From Selaginella moellendorffii (taxonomy: Eukaryota > Plantae > Lycopodiophyta): a stretch of DNA of 64,000 nt. Positions 13,400 to 26,195 of the stretch are shown here, piece by piece. The translations under genes and the position numbers were made by a program. Numbering within the stretch: position 1 is the stretch's first letter; each line of letters opens with the position of its first letter. The notes beneath the pieces are model-generated. The model saw only the letters and a program-made list of their open reading frames with translations. It was not told the origin of the DNA and did no database searches. Location of the stretch: contig NW_003314264.1 of NCBI RefSeq assembly GCF_000143415.4, positions 476,774-540,773 on the forward strand. The letters run 5' to 3'.

Positions 13400-14050
13400 G
13401 AGCAGAGCTCGTTCTTCTACCTATTGTCAAACACCTTCCGGGGGCCCGGGCCACACGAGTGCGTACATCTTGGCAACGCAGCTAATGGCATCAGCCACGC
13501 TCTTCGTGGACTCCAGGGCTTTCAGACTGGAATGGCCGCTGTACGCTGCTATATCATATTGCTTCAAAACTGGACCACTGTGAGCCTCGAACATCATCCA
13601 AGCTCGCACACCAGCGAAGAGTTGACGAGGTCGTTTGCTCTGGGAGTCATAAGACCTGTGCAGTCCTCCAGGTGCTCGGCGATCCGCATCTGGACTTGTC
13701 ATGAAAGTCAGTAAAAAGGTCACAACAATCTTTTTGGTAGCAACAACATCACGTTTTTATTATGCGTGGATAGATCACTCTAGATATATGGTTTTTTAAG
13801 CGAGAAATCCATGTAGTTTTTCTTCCATTAAAGATTTGCACATGGGCTCGATCGTTGCCTACATTCTTCTAGCGCAGTTTTGTTTGATCAATCTCTACGG
13901 AATATATAATCGTGGGTGGTGGAACCGTGGGATTGCTCCTTGCCGCAACGCTCTCAAGAAAATACAAAGTTCTCATGCTCGAGAGGCGGGATCACAGTAC
14001 GGCAATGGACGGCAATCCAAACATCACCAGGATCAAAAACTTTGGAGACA
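13400..14050. pseudogene. Duplicate of the unknown 2-kb gene (-) and 5' fragment of the GMC gene (+)
   Basis: Collinear homology with ~2200-3310 (MGSIVAYILL; IIVGGGT..; KYKVL.LE). Confidence 0.75.
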
Positions 14051-14856
14051 GACCAATCTAGGTTTTCTATTAAGGGAATCAAGATAACCATTATGACTTT
14101 TGGCTAACTTAGCTCCACTTTCTTATGTGTGAATAAGAATAGTGCCAGGCATACAGCCAGCAGCAGCTAGCATTCCAAAATCCTTGTTTTGTTTCTCTTG
14201 TCTTTACATGGTAGATTTAGGATGCTATGTGCTTGATCCTTGGCAAGAGAGCGAGATTGCTGCACAAATTGTTCTTCTTCGTTTCTTAAACTTCTTGTTG
14301 CTTTGCCTTGTCATTACACAGGCAAAATCACCCACTGATTCTATCTCGTCCTGCTTACGGCTATTGAGCTGGAGCTTGAGATTCAACATTTGCAAGAAGC
14401 CAGGACACTGGGCAAGAGATTGTACAGATGAGGAGGCCAGGAGAGCAAAGGAGGCAAGAAAAGCCTATGGAGAGTGGCTGCCAACTTTGTATTTTCCCAA
14501 GCATGTTAAGGCACGAATTCGAACACAGCACTCCTTCGTACACTGAAATTTCTTGTGCGCCTCCCATTCCTCACAACAACATCCACATCAACATCAATAT
14601 CAACATTTGCAGGAAGAAGTTTATGGATTCAATGAAATTTCCACCCTCAATGTTGGATCCTCTTCTGCATTTGTAGATTAATAAAACTATCTTCCCGGAA
14701 CACCGCTTAATATTTATTTTGGAGAAAACACTGCACAGTGAACAAAACACACTCCAGAATGCATATTTAGCTGCTCCCCCGAGCACCGGGAAACCGGCAC
14801 ATGCACCCGCCCCGATCGACACCCCTCCTCGCCGGGTGGCCCAGCCAACATTAAAA

Positions 14857-15240
<384 letters not shown>

Positions 15241-15664
15241 AAGTGCCACTCAGAGCTACATGCAATGCATTTTAGCTCTTGGTATTACAGTCTCTGGTCT
15301 CTAGAGTTAAAAACGTGATTGTCATTCATTTACATTCATCCATGTTAACAGTCCTTGCGAATTTGACAAAGTGTGGTTTACAACCTGCCGATCATTATGA
15401 AAAGGTAGTATGGGTTTCTGCAACCATGCTATCAATGACATACCTCCAAAATATATTTGACCTCCTATAAATAATACATGTGAAATGTGGGATTTGATCA
15501 AGAGAGGAGCAGAATATTGGCATTATATCTTTATAGCATAAGTTTTGAAATTTTATAAAGCAATGGTTGATTGCATGAAATGCATGCATACTTGTAATAT
15601 ATTTAAGGCCTCCATGTTCCAACCATTGGCACTCAGCAAGCATTGATTAAACTCATCAATAACA

Positions 15665-15955
15665 ATGAAGGCTTCTTTGGAGTTGTTTCTGGTTTTTGCT
15701 CTTGCCACTCTCCAGATAGCACTGTCTTCTTCTTCTTTTTGTAGAAGGGAGCTTTTGTCTTTGGATGATGGTGTTGGTGAGAAGGATTCATCATTGGTAG
15801 AACCAGCGTTGCATCCTGTGATCATGAAGATGGAGGTTCTTCAGTCCATGGCTCTCACAAGCACAGGAGGATCAAGAACAACAACATCAATATCAACATT
15901 TGCAAGAAGAGGGGGGGGGAGGGGGGGAAGAAAGGATTCCACTTTTAGTGTAGAT
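15665..15955 (+). pseudogene. Inverted, frameshifted paralogue of the His-rich secreted peptide gene
   Basis: MKASLELFLVFALATLQIALSSSSFCRRELLSL..., then frameshift to HGSHKHRRIKNNNININICK. Confidence 0.75.
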
Positions 15956-16896
15956 CAGATGGAACCACACATAATCCAGTACACACAGCAAAACGCACCA
16001 AATAGAAATACACAAAGAATGAAGCTGCGGAACAGCTGCGGAAGGAAAAAGAACAGCTGCGGAAGAAGGAACTCCTCCTCCTCCAATGTAATGGTGCTCT
16101 TCCTTCTTTTGCAGCCGCTCTTTCTCCTTCAGCCAATATTCCGCCAGAGAATGATTGCCACTCTGAAAGGCTGAGAGAAAAGATTCCCCAGCCGCTTGGA
16201 TCTGCGGCTCAAGAAGCCCGATTTGAGCCTCCACCTTAGCCAATTCCTCGTCCATTTTGCTTGTTGAAACCCTATCGTGAAACCTATATATTGGCTAGGG
16301 TTAGGGATTCGCCCTAGAATCGTCAGGGACCGCACGATCTTCATCCGACGGCCCGGTGATTATAAACACAAGAGAAAATGTAGCCACAATTTTGTTATTT
16401 TACAGTTTCTATATAAGTGTGCTCATCCCTCTGGAGGTGGTGAGTAAAGGGTCTTCCTGCCACCAAAGTAGAGAATGTAGCAGCCACCAATGCCATCCTG
16501 TCCTACCGTTAGAGTCAGCCACGTGGCTTGAGTCACATTCCTTCAATTTAAGGTTTTTAGTTTTTTTTGAGAGCTGCTTGTTGTTGGAGTTCTGTCTTTC
16601 TTCAAAGTGTTAGGAGAAGAGGCTAGTTTCTCTTCACATGGTATTAGAGGCATATATTAGAATTTTTGGCATGAGTAGTGCTTTAGACACTAGGTATCAT
16701 CTTTGTCCTCTGGAGAAATGGAGCAATGAATTTCCTTGCTTGCAGAATTCTGGTTTATGAGGTGGGAATTTTGGCTTGTGGTATATGGAATGACAAAATG
16801 CCCTAAATTGCAATCATGTTAGGCCCTATAGGTAAATGGCCACAAATTAAGTGTAAGTTTTATTGTGGGGTTGATAGATGAATTGGCATAAGGAGC

Positions 16897-18190
16897 TGCA
16901 AAGGTAGTGGTGTCTTTATCATTAATTATAAGCAACCAAAGTAAATAACTTAAGAAACAATTTATAAAGTTTAAATATAAAAGGAAAATACCCATTACAC
17001 CCTTTATTTCAATCAATTAAAAGTTTTACGATACCTATCCTTAGGTTTGAATAGTATTAGACTAGGTGACCTTCCAGGAAGCGAAAGCTTTGCTCTTTTG
17101 ACGCTTTACCCCTCAAGTTGAGCACAATTGAAATAAATTAAATTTGCAAGATGTTAATCAATATATGGTGTAATTCCCTTAACTAACCAATAGAGTCAGA
17201 AAACCTTTCTAATACTAAATGTAAATTTCTATGTTGAGTTGTGGCTCTTAGCTTCCCTTTACAAGGCCATGAACTTGCATAGAAGCATAATAGATTGTAA
17301 GCAACAAAAAAACGATTTAAGAGACAATTTATGGGGAAAAAACCCATAAATAAGAGTGCACTAATTGGTTAAGGGTTTTGGGATACTTGGGGTTAAGTGT
17401 CCTTGGGTTTGAAAGTTAGATGAATTCCTATAAAGAGTTTTGTAACACACTTTATCTCTCTCCTCTTATGCTAACTAGAAAAGGATTCATGATGACAGTA
17501 TATCCAAATCTCATCTCATGATTATATGCGCTACACTCACCTTCTTTTAGAGATGTCATTGTCCTTGTTAACTATTGACTAACAACCCCTACTGAGTTAA
17601 GGGGAACTAACATCTCCATTTCCACACTCAATCTACCAATCCTTCCATTGTGTAAACTAGTTATTCTATATGAGGCAACTAGTCATCCACCCGTACCATA
17701 GTCCCACGGTGGATACCTTCGTTTGTGGATACTCCACACAAAAAAAAAAGATGAATGCATGGATGTCCAATACGTACGATTTCAAATTTAGGGGTAAGAA
17801 TATTTTTAAATAGCCATTAATCAATGGGATTCAAACCCGTGCCATTTGATCGATACCATATATAACACATTTTATCTCTCTCCCCTTAAGTCAACTGGAA
17901 AAGGGGCAATTGCTTGATGAAAGAGCCCTTAATGGCTATTTTATCCCTATTTATCCCCCAAGGTTCCAAGGATCCACGGTGATAGTATATTTAAATTTCA
18001 TCCTATGATCACATGTGCTACAAATTTACATTGATCACTCCTTTTATTCTCTCTGTATTAGTTGGATGACCTCCTAAGAAGTTCAAACTCAGGAGCTTAC
18101 ACTTGATCACTCCTCTTGTTATCACCCTCAAGAAGTTCAAACTTAAGAGTTTACATTAATCACTCCTTCTATTTTCTTTGTATTAGTTGA
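16897..18190 (+). mobile_element. Degenerate Cassandra-like (5S-related) LTR fragments
   Basis: 16897-17085 and 17295-17440 homologous to the reverse complement of 50073-50259; 5S box-C-like AGGTGACCTTCCAGGAAG (~17064) and GGATGACCTCCTAAGAAGT (~18064). Confidence 0.55.
17441..18022 (-). mobile_element. TRIM (short LTRs, PBS-Met, PPT), copy 1
   Basis: Same structure as 42281-42936; flanks AGTTT/AATTT. Confidence 0.8.
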
Positions 18191-18719
18191 TAAAAATTTG
18201 AGTTTATTTTTTATTGTCTAGTTTGATTATTGCCCGTGTGGCAAAATCAATCTTTGTTTTTTATAACAACAATAAAACTAATTTTCATTCTCTATAGCAA
18301 CAAGTATACAAATGCATATGCATGGTGAGTGTAATTAATCTCAAGTTTGAGCTTTTATTATTGAAAGTGGTTTTTGGGATTGTAAATTTGAGACTTTTTG
18401 TTTTTGTTTCATTATTTTTTATTTCTTTCATTCCCTTTATTTTTATGTTATTTCTTTTTACATATGCTTCTATCACTTTTTTCTCCCCATCAATGTTTCT
18501 ATTGAATATTTTTATTTTGCTCATTTATTCCTTTATTCCCTTTTCAAATCCTTTCAACAATTTTTATATTGTAACAATTGACTAGCTCAAGAAAAAGTAT
18601 TCTAATCTCTTTAACTTTGAATTATTAACCTCAAGTAAAGGCTAGGATTGGCACTGCTTTGAAAGCTGTTGCTTTGAAAGTGCAGGCTTTGAAAGTGTAT
18701 GCTTGTGGACACAGATTTG

Positions 18720-18959
18720 TTGTCAAGTGAGGATAAGGATGAAGACATAGGATGGAATGCTGCAAAGATACTGATTTTAGAGATGCTAGCCAGGATCAAG
18801 AAGAAGGGTCCCAGCATTTACAAGCCAGAGGTGAAGTTTTTCGATAATGGTGATGAAATCAAGGAAGAGAAGGCTTTGAAGGAGAGGAAGAAACCAGTGT
18901 ACCAAAAAGATGTTCTAGCTAAGCAAGTTCTGGAAAATCCTGAGGGGGACAAGGATTGA
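18720..18959 (+). pseudogene. KRI1-like gene fragment
   Basis: ILEMLARIKKKGPSIYKPEVKFF...KKPVYQKDVLAKQVLE resembles the conserved KRI1 N-terminal region. Confidence 0.6.
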
Positions 18960-20830
18960 AATCCTCCACAGCACTCACTTCGTTTATCCGCAGCATCAGG
19001 ATCCAAGATTCCAATACTTTCAAGGTCCACCCCTGGCACGAAAGCTCGGCTAGAAGGTCGTCTATGTAGCTCAGAAAAAGAGCCAGCCACATTGTCCTCA
19101 AGGGATTGTCGATGAAACATTCGCCATTGATAAAGACGACCTTCTTGGAGGTGTTCTTCCAAAGTTGCCGAAGATAGCCAGCCACAGTAGCAAGAGCAGT
19201 GGTCTTCCCAGAGCCCAGAGTTCCACACCTGGAGGTGGGTTGTCATTATCCAAAGCGCCATGTCTCAAGGCTGATACGAAACTTTTTATCTCCGTGAAGG
19301 CAAAGGAGGCAAATGAGGATGTTTGGGATACTTATGGCAGCTTGTTTATGGCCACAAGCATCCAGAAGCAAGCCACGAGTTTCCAGAATGAGGCAGGAAT
19401 AGAGGTTCTGTGGCTTGATTTAGGGGCAAACAAACACGTAACACACCATAGGGTCATTTAAATCAGTTCCAGGAAATAGAAGGATTTTCCTAGGGGATGA
19501 TTACTCGCACAAGGTGGAGAGAGTTTGTGCGATTTACATTTTACTATGTTTCTGGGGTAAACAAGACATTATTTTGACTATCCTGATGGACATCACTTTC
19601 AAGTAGTAGATATGTATGATTGCAAACTCATGTTGGAGGAGATATACTAAGCTGTATCATCTGAATGTTAAAGTGGTGCAGCTAGAGTGGACGTAAGGAA
19701 CGAAGTGGATTTCCAAATATGGCATCAATAGCTTGGGCACACCAATCAGCAAGACATCAAGGTCTGTATTAGGCCAAACATCACGTATTTAGTGGGAGCA
19801 CAGTTCCTAGCAAATCCAATTACTTGAAGAGGACAGTTGATTATGTTTTGTGCTACATAAAACAAGAGAGTAGCCAACTGCAGCTGATCATAGCACTTTC
19901 GAGTAAAGAGGTAGAGTAAATAGCCAAGGAAATCCTTTGGCTTAGGACTTTGCTCAACAGACTAAATTATGAGCAGGGAGAGGCAACAGTCCTTCACTGT
20001 GATAATCAAGGAGCCATTGCATTGATGAAAAATCCATGATTTCATCGCAGGACCAAACATATCCAGTTCACCTTTTCATTCATGAAGAGGTAGTGAACAA
20101 GAAAGTGGAACTACCACAACAGAGCAGACAAAAGCACAAAAAAGCTCTATTTCGTTAAAGTGGGATTTATTCAGTAAAATGGGACTAGGTACAAATTTTC
20201 AAGTATTTGAAAATGACGTGAAATTATATGTTTTTTGTCTAGGGGCTAGACATATCTGGGGCATGGTGACTAGCGCGGTGACTTTGTGTCCAGACTGAGT
20301 CCATCTGGTTGTATAATAAATCTCATTGTCAAGGTGAACAAGCCGAATCTGAAGCTAAAGAAGAGTGATGGCATGCGCGCACACACTATTTGTTTGTTCA
20401 TTGAGCGTGTGGTGAACTTTCCAAGATGAACGTCATTCCTATTAGCCAAACATATAACTTAATGGTGAGAACATTTAGATATTATTCAATGTTATCTTTT
20501 TCTAACGAATCTAATTGTGAAGGTGTAGCAAGAGGCATTGCTAGTCTGGAGAAGTCATTTAACTCATTTGACCCTTAGTGTATTTTCATGAAACTAAATA
20601 ACATTCATATTATTAAGGAATTTCTCTAGTACCTTTTTTTTACGACATAGAGGCTTGCATTTCTTTCAAAGGTGATTTAGTAAAAGGCCTGAGGGCACAT
20701 GCCATTCTATTTCTCAGACCGGTATTAAGATATACTAGTGCAAAGGGCCACATGCCATCACGCCTCCTCTGATTCAGATTTGGATTGTTCACCTTGAAAT
20801 AAAATACATTAGAAACTTAGTAAAGGAATA

Positions 20831-23800
20831 TTAATGAATCTCACCTTGAACCCGGGTTATGAATGCTCTTGCTGCATCTCTTGCATGGTCTGGCAAGGTG
20901 ATGGTGGCACTCTGCTTCCGCATCCAACCATGCACAACATTATCCACCGATATGCTCATGCTGGGATCCCTTGGATTCAGCACCCATCTTTTTTCTAGGC
21001 AATCCTTCATATATCCGGAACTTGGCTTGAACCACTCCACAGTTACATTGAAGGAGTTAGTTTCCGCGTCCTCCTCTGCATCAGTGATGCAGCGCCCCAC
21101 CCATATCATTTGTTTTTTATTACTGGGTCTGACAAGCACGACCATTCCTTTGCAGACCTGTACTGGATTGAATGCTGAATCCGGCTTCTTGTTCCTCGGC
21201 CCACAATAGTGATCCTCAACATCGTTATCTGTCACTGCATTTCCAGAGGACATTGTTCCGCTACTATCTGGTGCTCTGGGTTCTGGCCAAAAGGACTCTT
21301 CCAATTCTTCATATACAACCGGCGCATTTTGGATAGCAGATATAATCTTCTCCCAGTATTTGAGCAAAGGCTTGCACCTCTTAAAATAGGATTCTCCACC
21401 AAACACCAACCCCCTCTTCCAGAAGGCAATATGCTGTCTAATCTCGGCCACTATACTTTCCTGGTCTTTGAGTCCATCCGGGTGCATCGGCCGTGGGGAA
21501 CCCTGAGGAATCATAGGTTCCCCAGTTATGGGATCTCTCTTGAAGAGTTCAATGCCGTCCACTGGCAGCCACACTGTGTCCCATTCTCTCATCTTGTACC
21601 TCATCACTGGAGCACCGTCACGCATGCTGAAATGAAACTGAAGAGGCTTGGAGTGGCCAATCAGCGTTTCGGATCCGTCCCTAATGTAGCCTCTTACAAA
21701 CCCCTTAAAGTCTGGAACCTCTGTCACAAGTGCAGCTTCAACAGTGCCTTTGATGCAATTTTGGAATTCATCGTAGAGTTGTGGGAGGGTGAGGACATTG
21801 GATCGCCGGAGGGACTCTGCCAGGTGACTGAACATGGCATCGACGTCTTCATGAGTGTGCCCAACCATGAGAAAGCCAAGTGTAACCGTTTCAAATATGC
21901 CTTTGGCAACAAGCATCGCCAAGTACGCGAAGACGTACATGTTTTTGTTCTCACTACCAGCATTGTCTGTTTGGAGCAGAAGATGGGGTGGAAGGCCACA
22001 TCAGCCGCAAGAACTTCCTTGAGATTCTGCTTCGTTTGGATGAGGCTGTGCATTCACCGGGCGACCAGCCTCGTCGGAATGGCATGAGGCCTCACGTGAT
22101 AACCCTACAATCTGACGGCCAACATATTCACTGGGATGGCATGGGGCCCCACGCGATACTGCAAGCCTTTGCTCCTCCTCCAGCTGAACCCTGTATGGGG
22201 TTCGATCGACAAGGGCCTTATGCAAGGGTTGGCCGTTCAGCTCAGTCTGCGCACTTTGCAAAGACCTTAAGTGTTTTGCTAGGGACGCAATCATCATGTT
22301 TGCACCCCCGCCACCCCATAGAGGTACAAAGAAGTTCCCATAGTTCTGGGCACCATGCCCATGAGCGATTATGCCAAACAGAGACACAGGCAGCTGCATG
22401 GATGAAGAGATTGCCTTGGGGGCAGGATTGAGTCGAGGTAAGCACGTCTTTTTCTGGTCCATTTTGTCGTGGATGATGCAGAGGTAAGAGTCAGGTCTCT
22501 CCATGGAGAGAATCCTGTTATGATAATATGCAGTCCTGCAGCTTCTCTGCTCGATGTTGTGGTCGAGCCGCCTTCTAACCAACGTCTCTCGCTCTTGAGC
22601 GCTGCAAGAATTCTTCGACAAAGCCATTTTGATAGCAGTGCACTTGTCACACTTTGAAAAGCTGGAGTACTTTCCTATACTCACATCCCTGAACCTGTTG
22701 CTCCACAATCTACTAAATCTAGATTGGCTCAGCTTCCTGTAGCCATTACTCTGGAGTTCCCGATTCACATCTTCCAATATGGCCCCCTTGGTATACATGG
22801 AAGGGAGAACTCGTTGGGTGTCTCGTGTTCCATCTTCCAAGAGGCGGGTTTTATGTGGTTGCTGCTCGCTACATGTCTCGACAAACCTCTTGAAGATTGC
22901 CTCTCCATATACAACATGACCCCTGGTTTTGTGCGTACCGTCGTTCCCATGGACTGCTTGTTGAACCCTTTGTTCCTCGAACTCAGTTTTGATTCTGTAG
23001 AATGTGCTTCGAGGGACTCCATAAATGATTCTCCATGCCTTCATGCAGACCAAACCCCTCTGGAAGACCATGCCCCCCACCTGATGTTCTGAAGCATCAA
23101 CAGATGACCGTAATGCCTCATACACAAAATTGCAAGCTGCCTTCCAGGACAATGTCTTGTATCTTGCTCTCTCCTCTTCAATAGCATCCCAATCAGCATG
23201 TTGACAGCACCTCCTCTTGCAACAAGCAACTGTCGAGACCATTCGAACCTCCATCGCCATTTTCTGCCTTTTCGGTTCGTTGCTCAGATCCCTTTGGCTG
23301 CGCTGTAGGAAGGTGTACTTTCTTTTCCCATGAAGAGATGTTCTGTCATCAGTTGTAGTGGTGTTTGATTGTGAATCCTTCACATTCTCAAACATTAAAT
23401 GCCTCAATTTCCACCGCACAATGCTTCCAATAGTCAGACTGTTTTCTTCTGTGTCAACAACCTCTAAAATCGCAACTCCAATATCATCCCAGCCCAATTC
23501 TTGATTAGCAACCGCATCTCTTGGATCGACAACTGTGGCTAAGCCCTCAGCTACCACCTCCCCCTCAGGGTTGTTTAGAAACACCTTTGCCTGAATCCAT
23601 GTAGCACGGTTCTTAAGATCCACGGAGGGAACATGCGTCGCACTTGCGCTGTCCCCAACATCTGCTTTCTTCTGCAGATTTTTCAAGGCAACAACAACAT
23701 TTACCCCGACGACCATCTCTCCTCATTCAATAGCGACCACATTCCCATCGAAGACAGTCTCTACTGATACAGCAGCATTGCCTTCCCCAAGCCTTTGACA

Positions 23801-23899
23801 GTTTATAACAAAGTTCCGATCCATAGACACAAGGGTCCCTTTTGCAACTCTCTTCCCACCATTCAAAATGTAAACCTTTTCCCCAACCCTGAAGGCCAT
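20831..23899 (-). pseudogene. DDE transposase (DUF7869/Sola-like), single frame with 2 in-frame TGA stops
   Basis: IIHDKMDQKKT, LLLQTDNAGSENKN, FLMVGHTHEDVDAMFS, CCKRRC and CDKC; ORFs 23899-23726, 23716-22001 and 21940-20831 share one frame; stops at 23723 and 22001. Confidence 0.85.
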
Positions 23900-24254
23900 T
23901 CTGAAAGTGCAGAAAAGAAGTTAAGACCATACAAAAAATGATTGGAGAATGGCCTAAATCATAACATACCAAATAGCATGAGGCCACATGCCATTATTCA
24001 AACATGCTATTGACACCCACGTGAAATTTCGCATTCACAAAATTGGCATGAGGCCTCATGCCATCTTGATATACACACAGCTGCAGGCAAGTAAAAACAT
24101 ACATGACAATACGCTAGCCATGAAATTGCAAGGGCCCAAGATGGCATGTGGCCTCATGCCATTTCTAAATGTGGTCCTAAACCATTCCATGGTGAACATA
24201 CCAGGAAGCACAAGTGCCGAATATCAAGAGGAAGCGGTAGCCACACCAAAGACA

Positions 24255-24450
24255 GTGCCGCTCGCAACACCGCAACTACTCGTAGCGCCGCTCGCAACAC
24301 CGCAACTGCTTGTAGCGCCACTCGCACAAACTGCCACTCGCATAAACTGCCGCTCGCAATGGCGCTCGCAATGCCGCAACCGCTTGTAGACGCATAAACC
24401 ACAGCTCACAATGCCGCTTACACAAGCAGCGCTCACTGCGCTCAGCGGAA
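24255..24450. repeat. GC-rich micro-repeats (CCGCTCGCAACACCGCAACT-type) in the divergent intergenic region
   Basis: 30-bp direct repeat at 24258/24288 plus degenerate units; CTCGCG-rich repeats at 25855-26000. Confidence 0.7.
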
Positions 24451-26195
24451 CCAAGAACACGGCGCACAAAAATGATAGACCTAGGAATGAGTTCGAGAAT
24501 TCAAAAATAACACACGCTTGAACGTCACATCAAATCCTCTGACAAACCAGATCTTATGATTCCTCTGACAAATTTCAAACTGAGTAGCTTCTAGTCTTTG
24601 CTGTCGGAGGTTGAACTTTGTCACATCATGTCCTTGCCTCGATCTAGCTGTGCCATGTCAGTGATTCGAACTTTGCCATGCCATGTCAGTGATCCGCGCC
24701 AAGATTATTCGCCGTGTAAAGGAATAATTATGCTGTGTGTGTACGTCCATTTATGGCAATATAAGGCCACACGCTATTCAAAGAATAATGCTAGTCGAGC
24801 ATTTTTTGGTGCATTTTTGGGTTCAAAATTGCATGAGCCCACACGCTATAAAGTTTACCTGTACCAAAAATAGAAACAGCTTTATTTACTTGGGAATTTA
24901 AGTGGTTAAGGCATTTTTAAACTTACAAACACATGCCCTACTTACATTCATTTGGTTGCTTAAAATTCAAAAATATTATAAACCTTTCTTTTTGCATTTT
25001 CAATGTTTTCAATTATGGTTTTTGATTTTCGCAGGACCAGCCTAGTAATCTATTTGCATCCCGTCATGTTTATAGCTAGCTTTCGTTTGTCCCCTTCGCT
25101 GGCCTAAGATACATCTGCTCGGAATCTGCCTCTTACAGCATTTGCCCAGATAGGGCATCTTTCTTCACGCAGCATTTGCCACATGTTTAGGATCTTGGAG
25201 CAAAATAACGGTCGGATCTATGGCAAATGCCCCTGAAACATTGTAAGGCTCGTGTGGTCTCATGTGGTGTCCGATCGAGATGCTTCTTTGCAAGGTCATC
25301 AAAAAGGACATTGTATACCATTCTGTAAAATCTAGTTGCGATCTAACGGTTGGATCTCCAGGAAACTCAAAACAATCTCGCGCATGTTAGAATATTCTAG
25401 GAATATACTCCTATGTGCTCCTGAAAATGGCATGCGGCCCCACACCATTCAAGAGATAACGCCAGATGACGCCGAGCATTTTTTGGTGCATTTTTTGGGA
25501 TCAAAATTGCATGAGCCCACACGCTTGAACGTTACATCAAATCCTTTGACAATTTATTTAGCTGAACATCTGGCATTTTTGGAAATACAAGATGCTTTGG
25601 AATATCCAATCATGCATGGTATAAATATAGCGAGGGTATTAAATGATATCCCAATCATGATCTTTCTTTTGGATTTCGCGTGCATGCAGTCCAAGGAATG
25701 ATGACGTTGCGGATTTCTTTTGGATTTCACGCATGCGCGCGCCGATCCAGAAATTAATGGTGGCGCCCAAGTCCGAGGAATGATGACGTGGCGGGATTAC
25801 CAACCGTCGTGACATTTCGCGCGTGTGAGGTTAGGTTTTGCATTTTGCTTCGTACTCGCGCTCGCACACTCGCGCTCGCATCGCGCTCCCACTCGCGCTC
25901 CCACTTCTCTACAGGTTTCTCGTGTGCATCGGCGTCCACTTACGCTTGCATCACACTCGCGCTCGCATCGCGCTCGTGTGCATCGGCGTCCACTTCAAGA
26001 CACACCCAGTTTGTAACTTCGCCGCCAACTCCGCCGCCCACTCCGCCACCCACACGCAGCCCACTTGGCGTCCCGGGAGATTTCAGCGCCACTCTCCAAC
26101 TGTAAGTGGCAGAGTAGCCTTGCTGCTACAATCCGCTGCACACACAGTGCACATTCGCAAGCGAGTCCGGTTGTCACGCCTCCATTCGGCTTCAA

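Noticed and set aside
21209-22431. 292-aa and 147-aa plus-strand ORFs
   Set aside because: Antisense to the transposase; no motifs.
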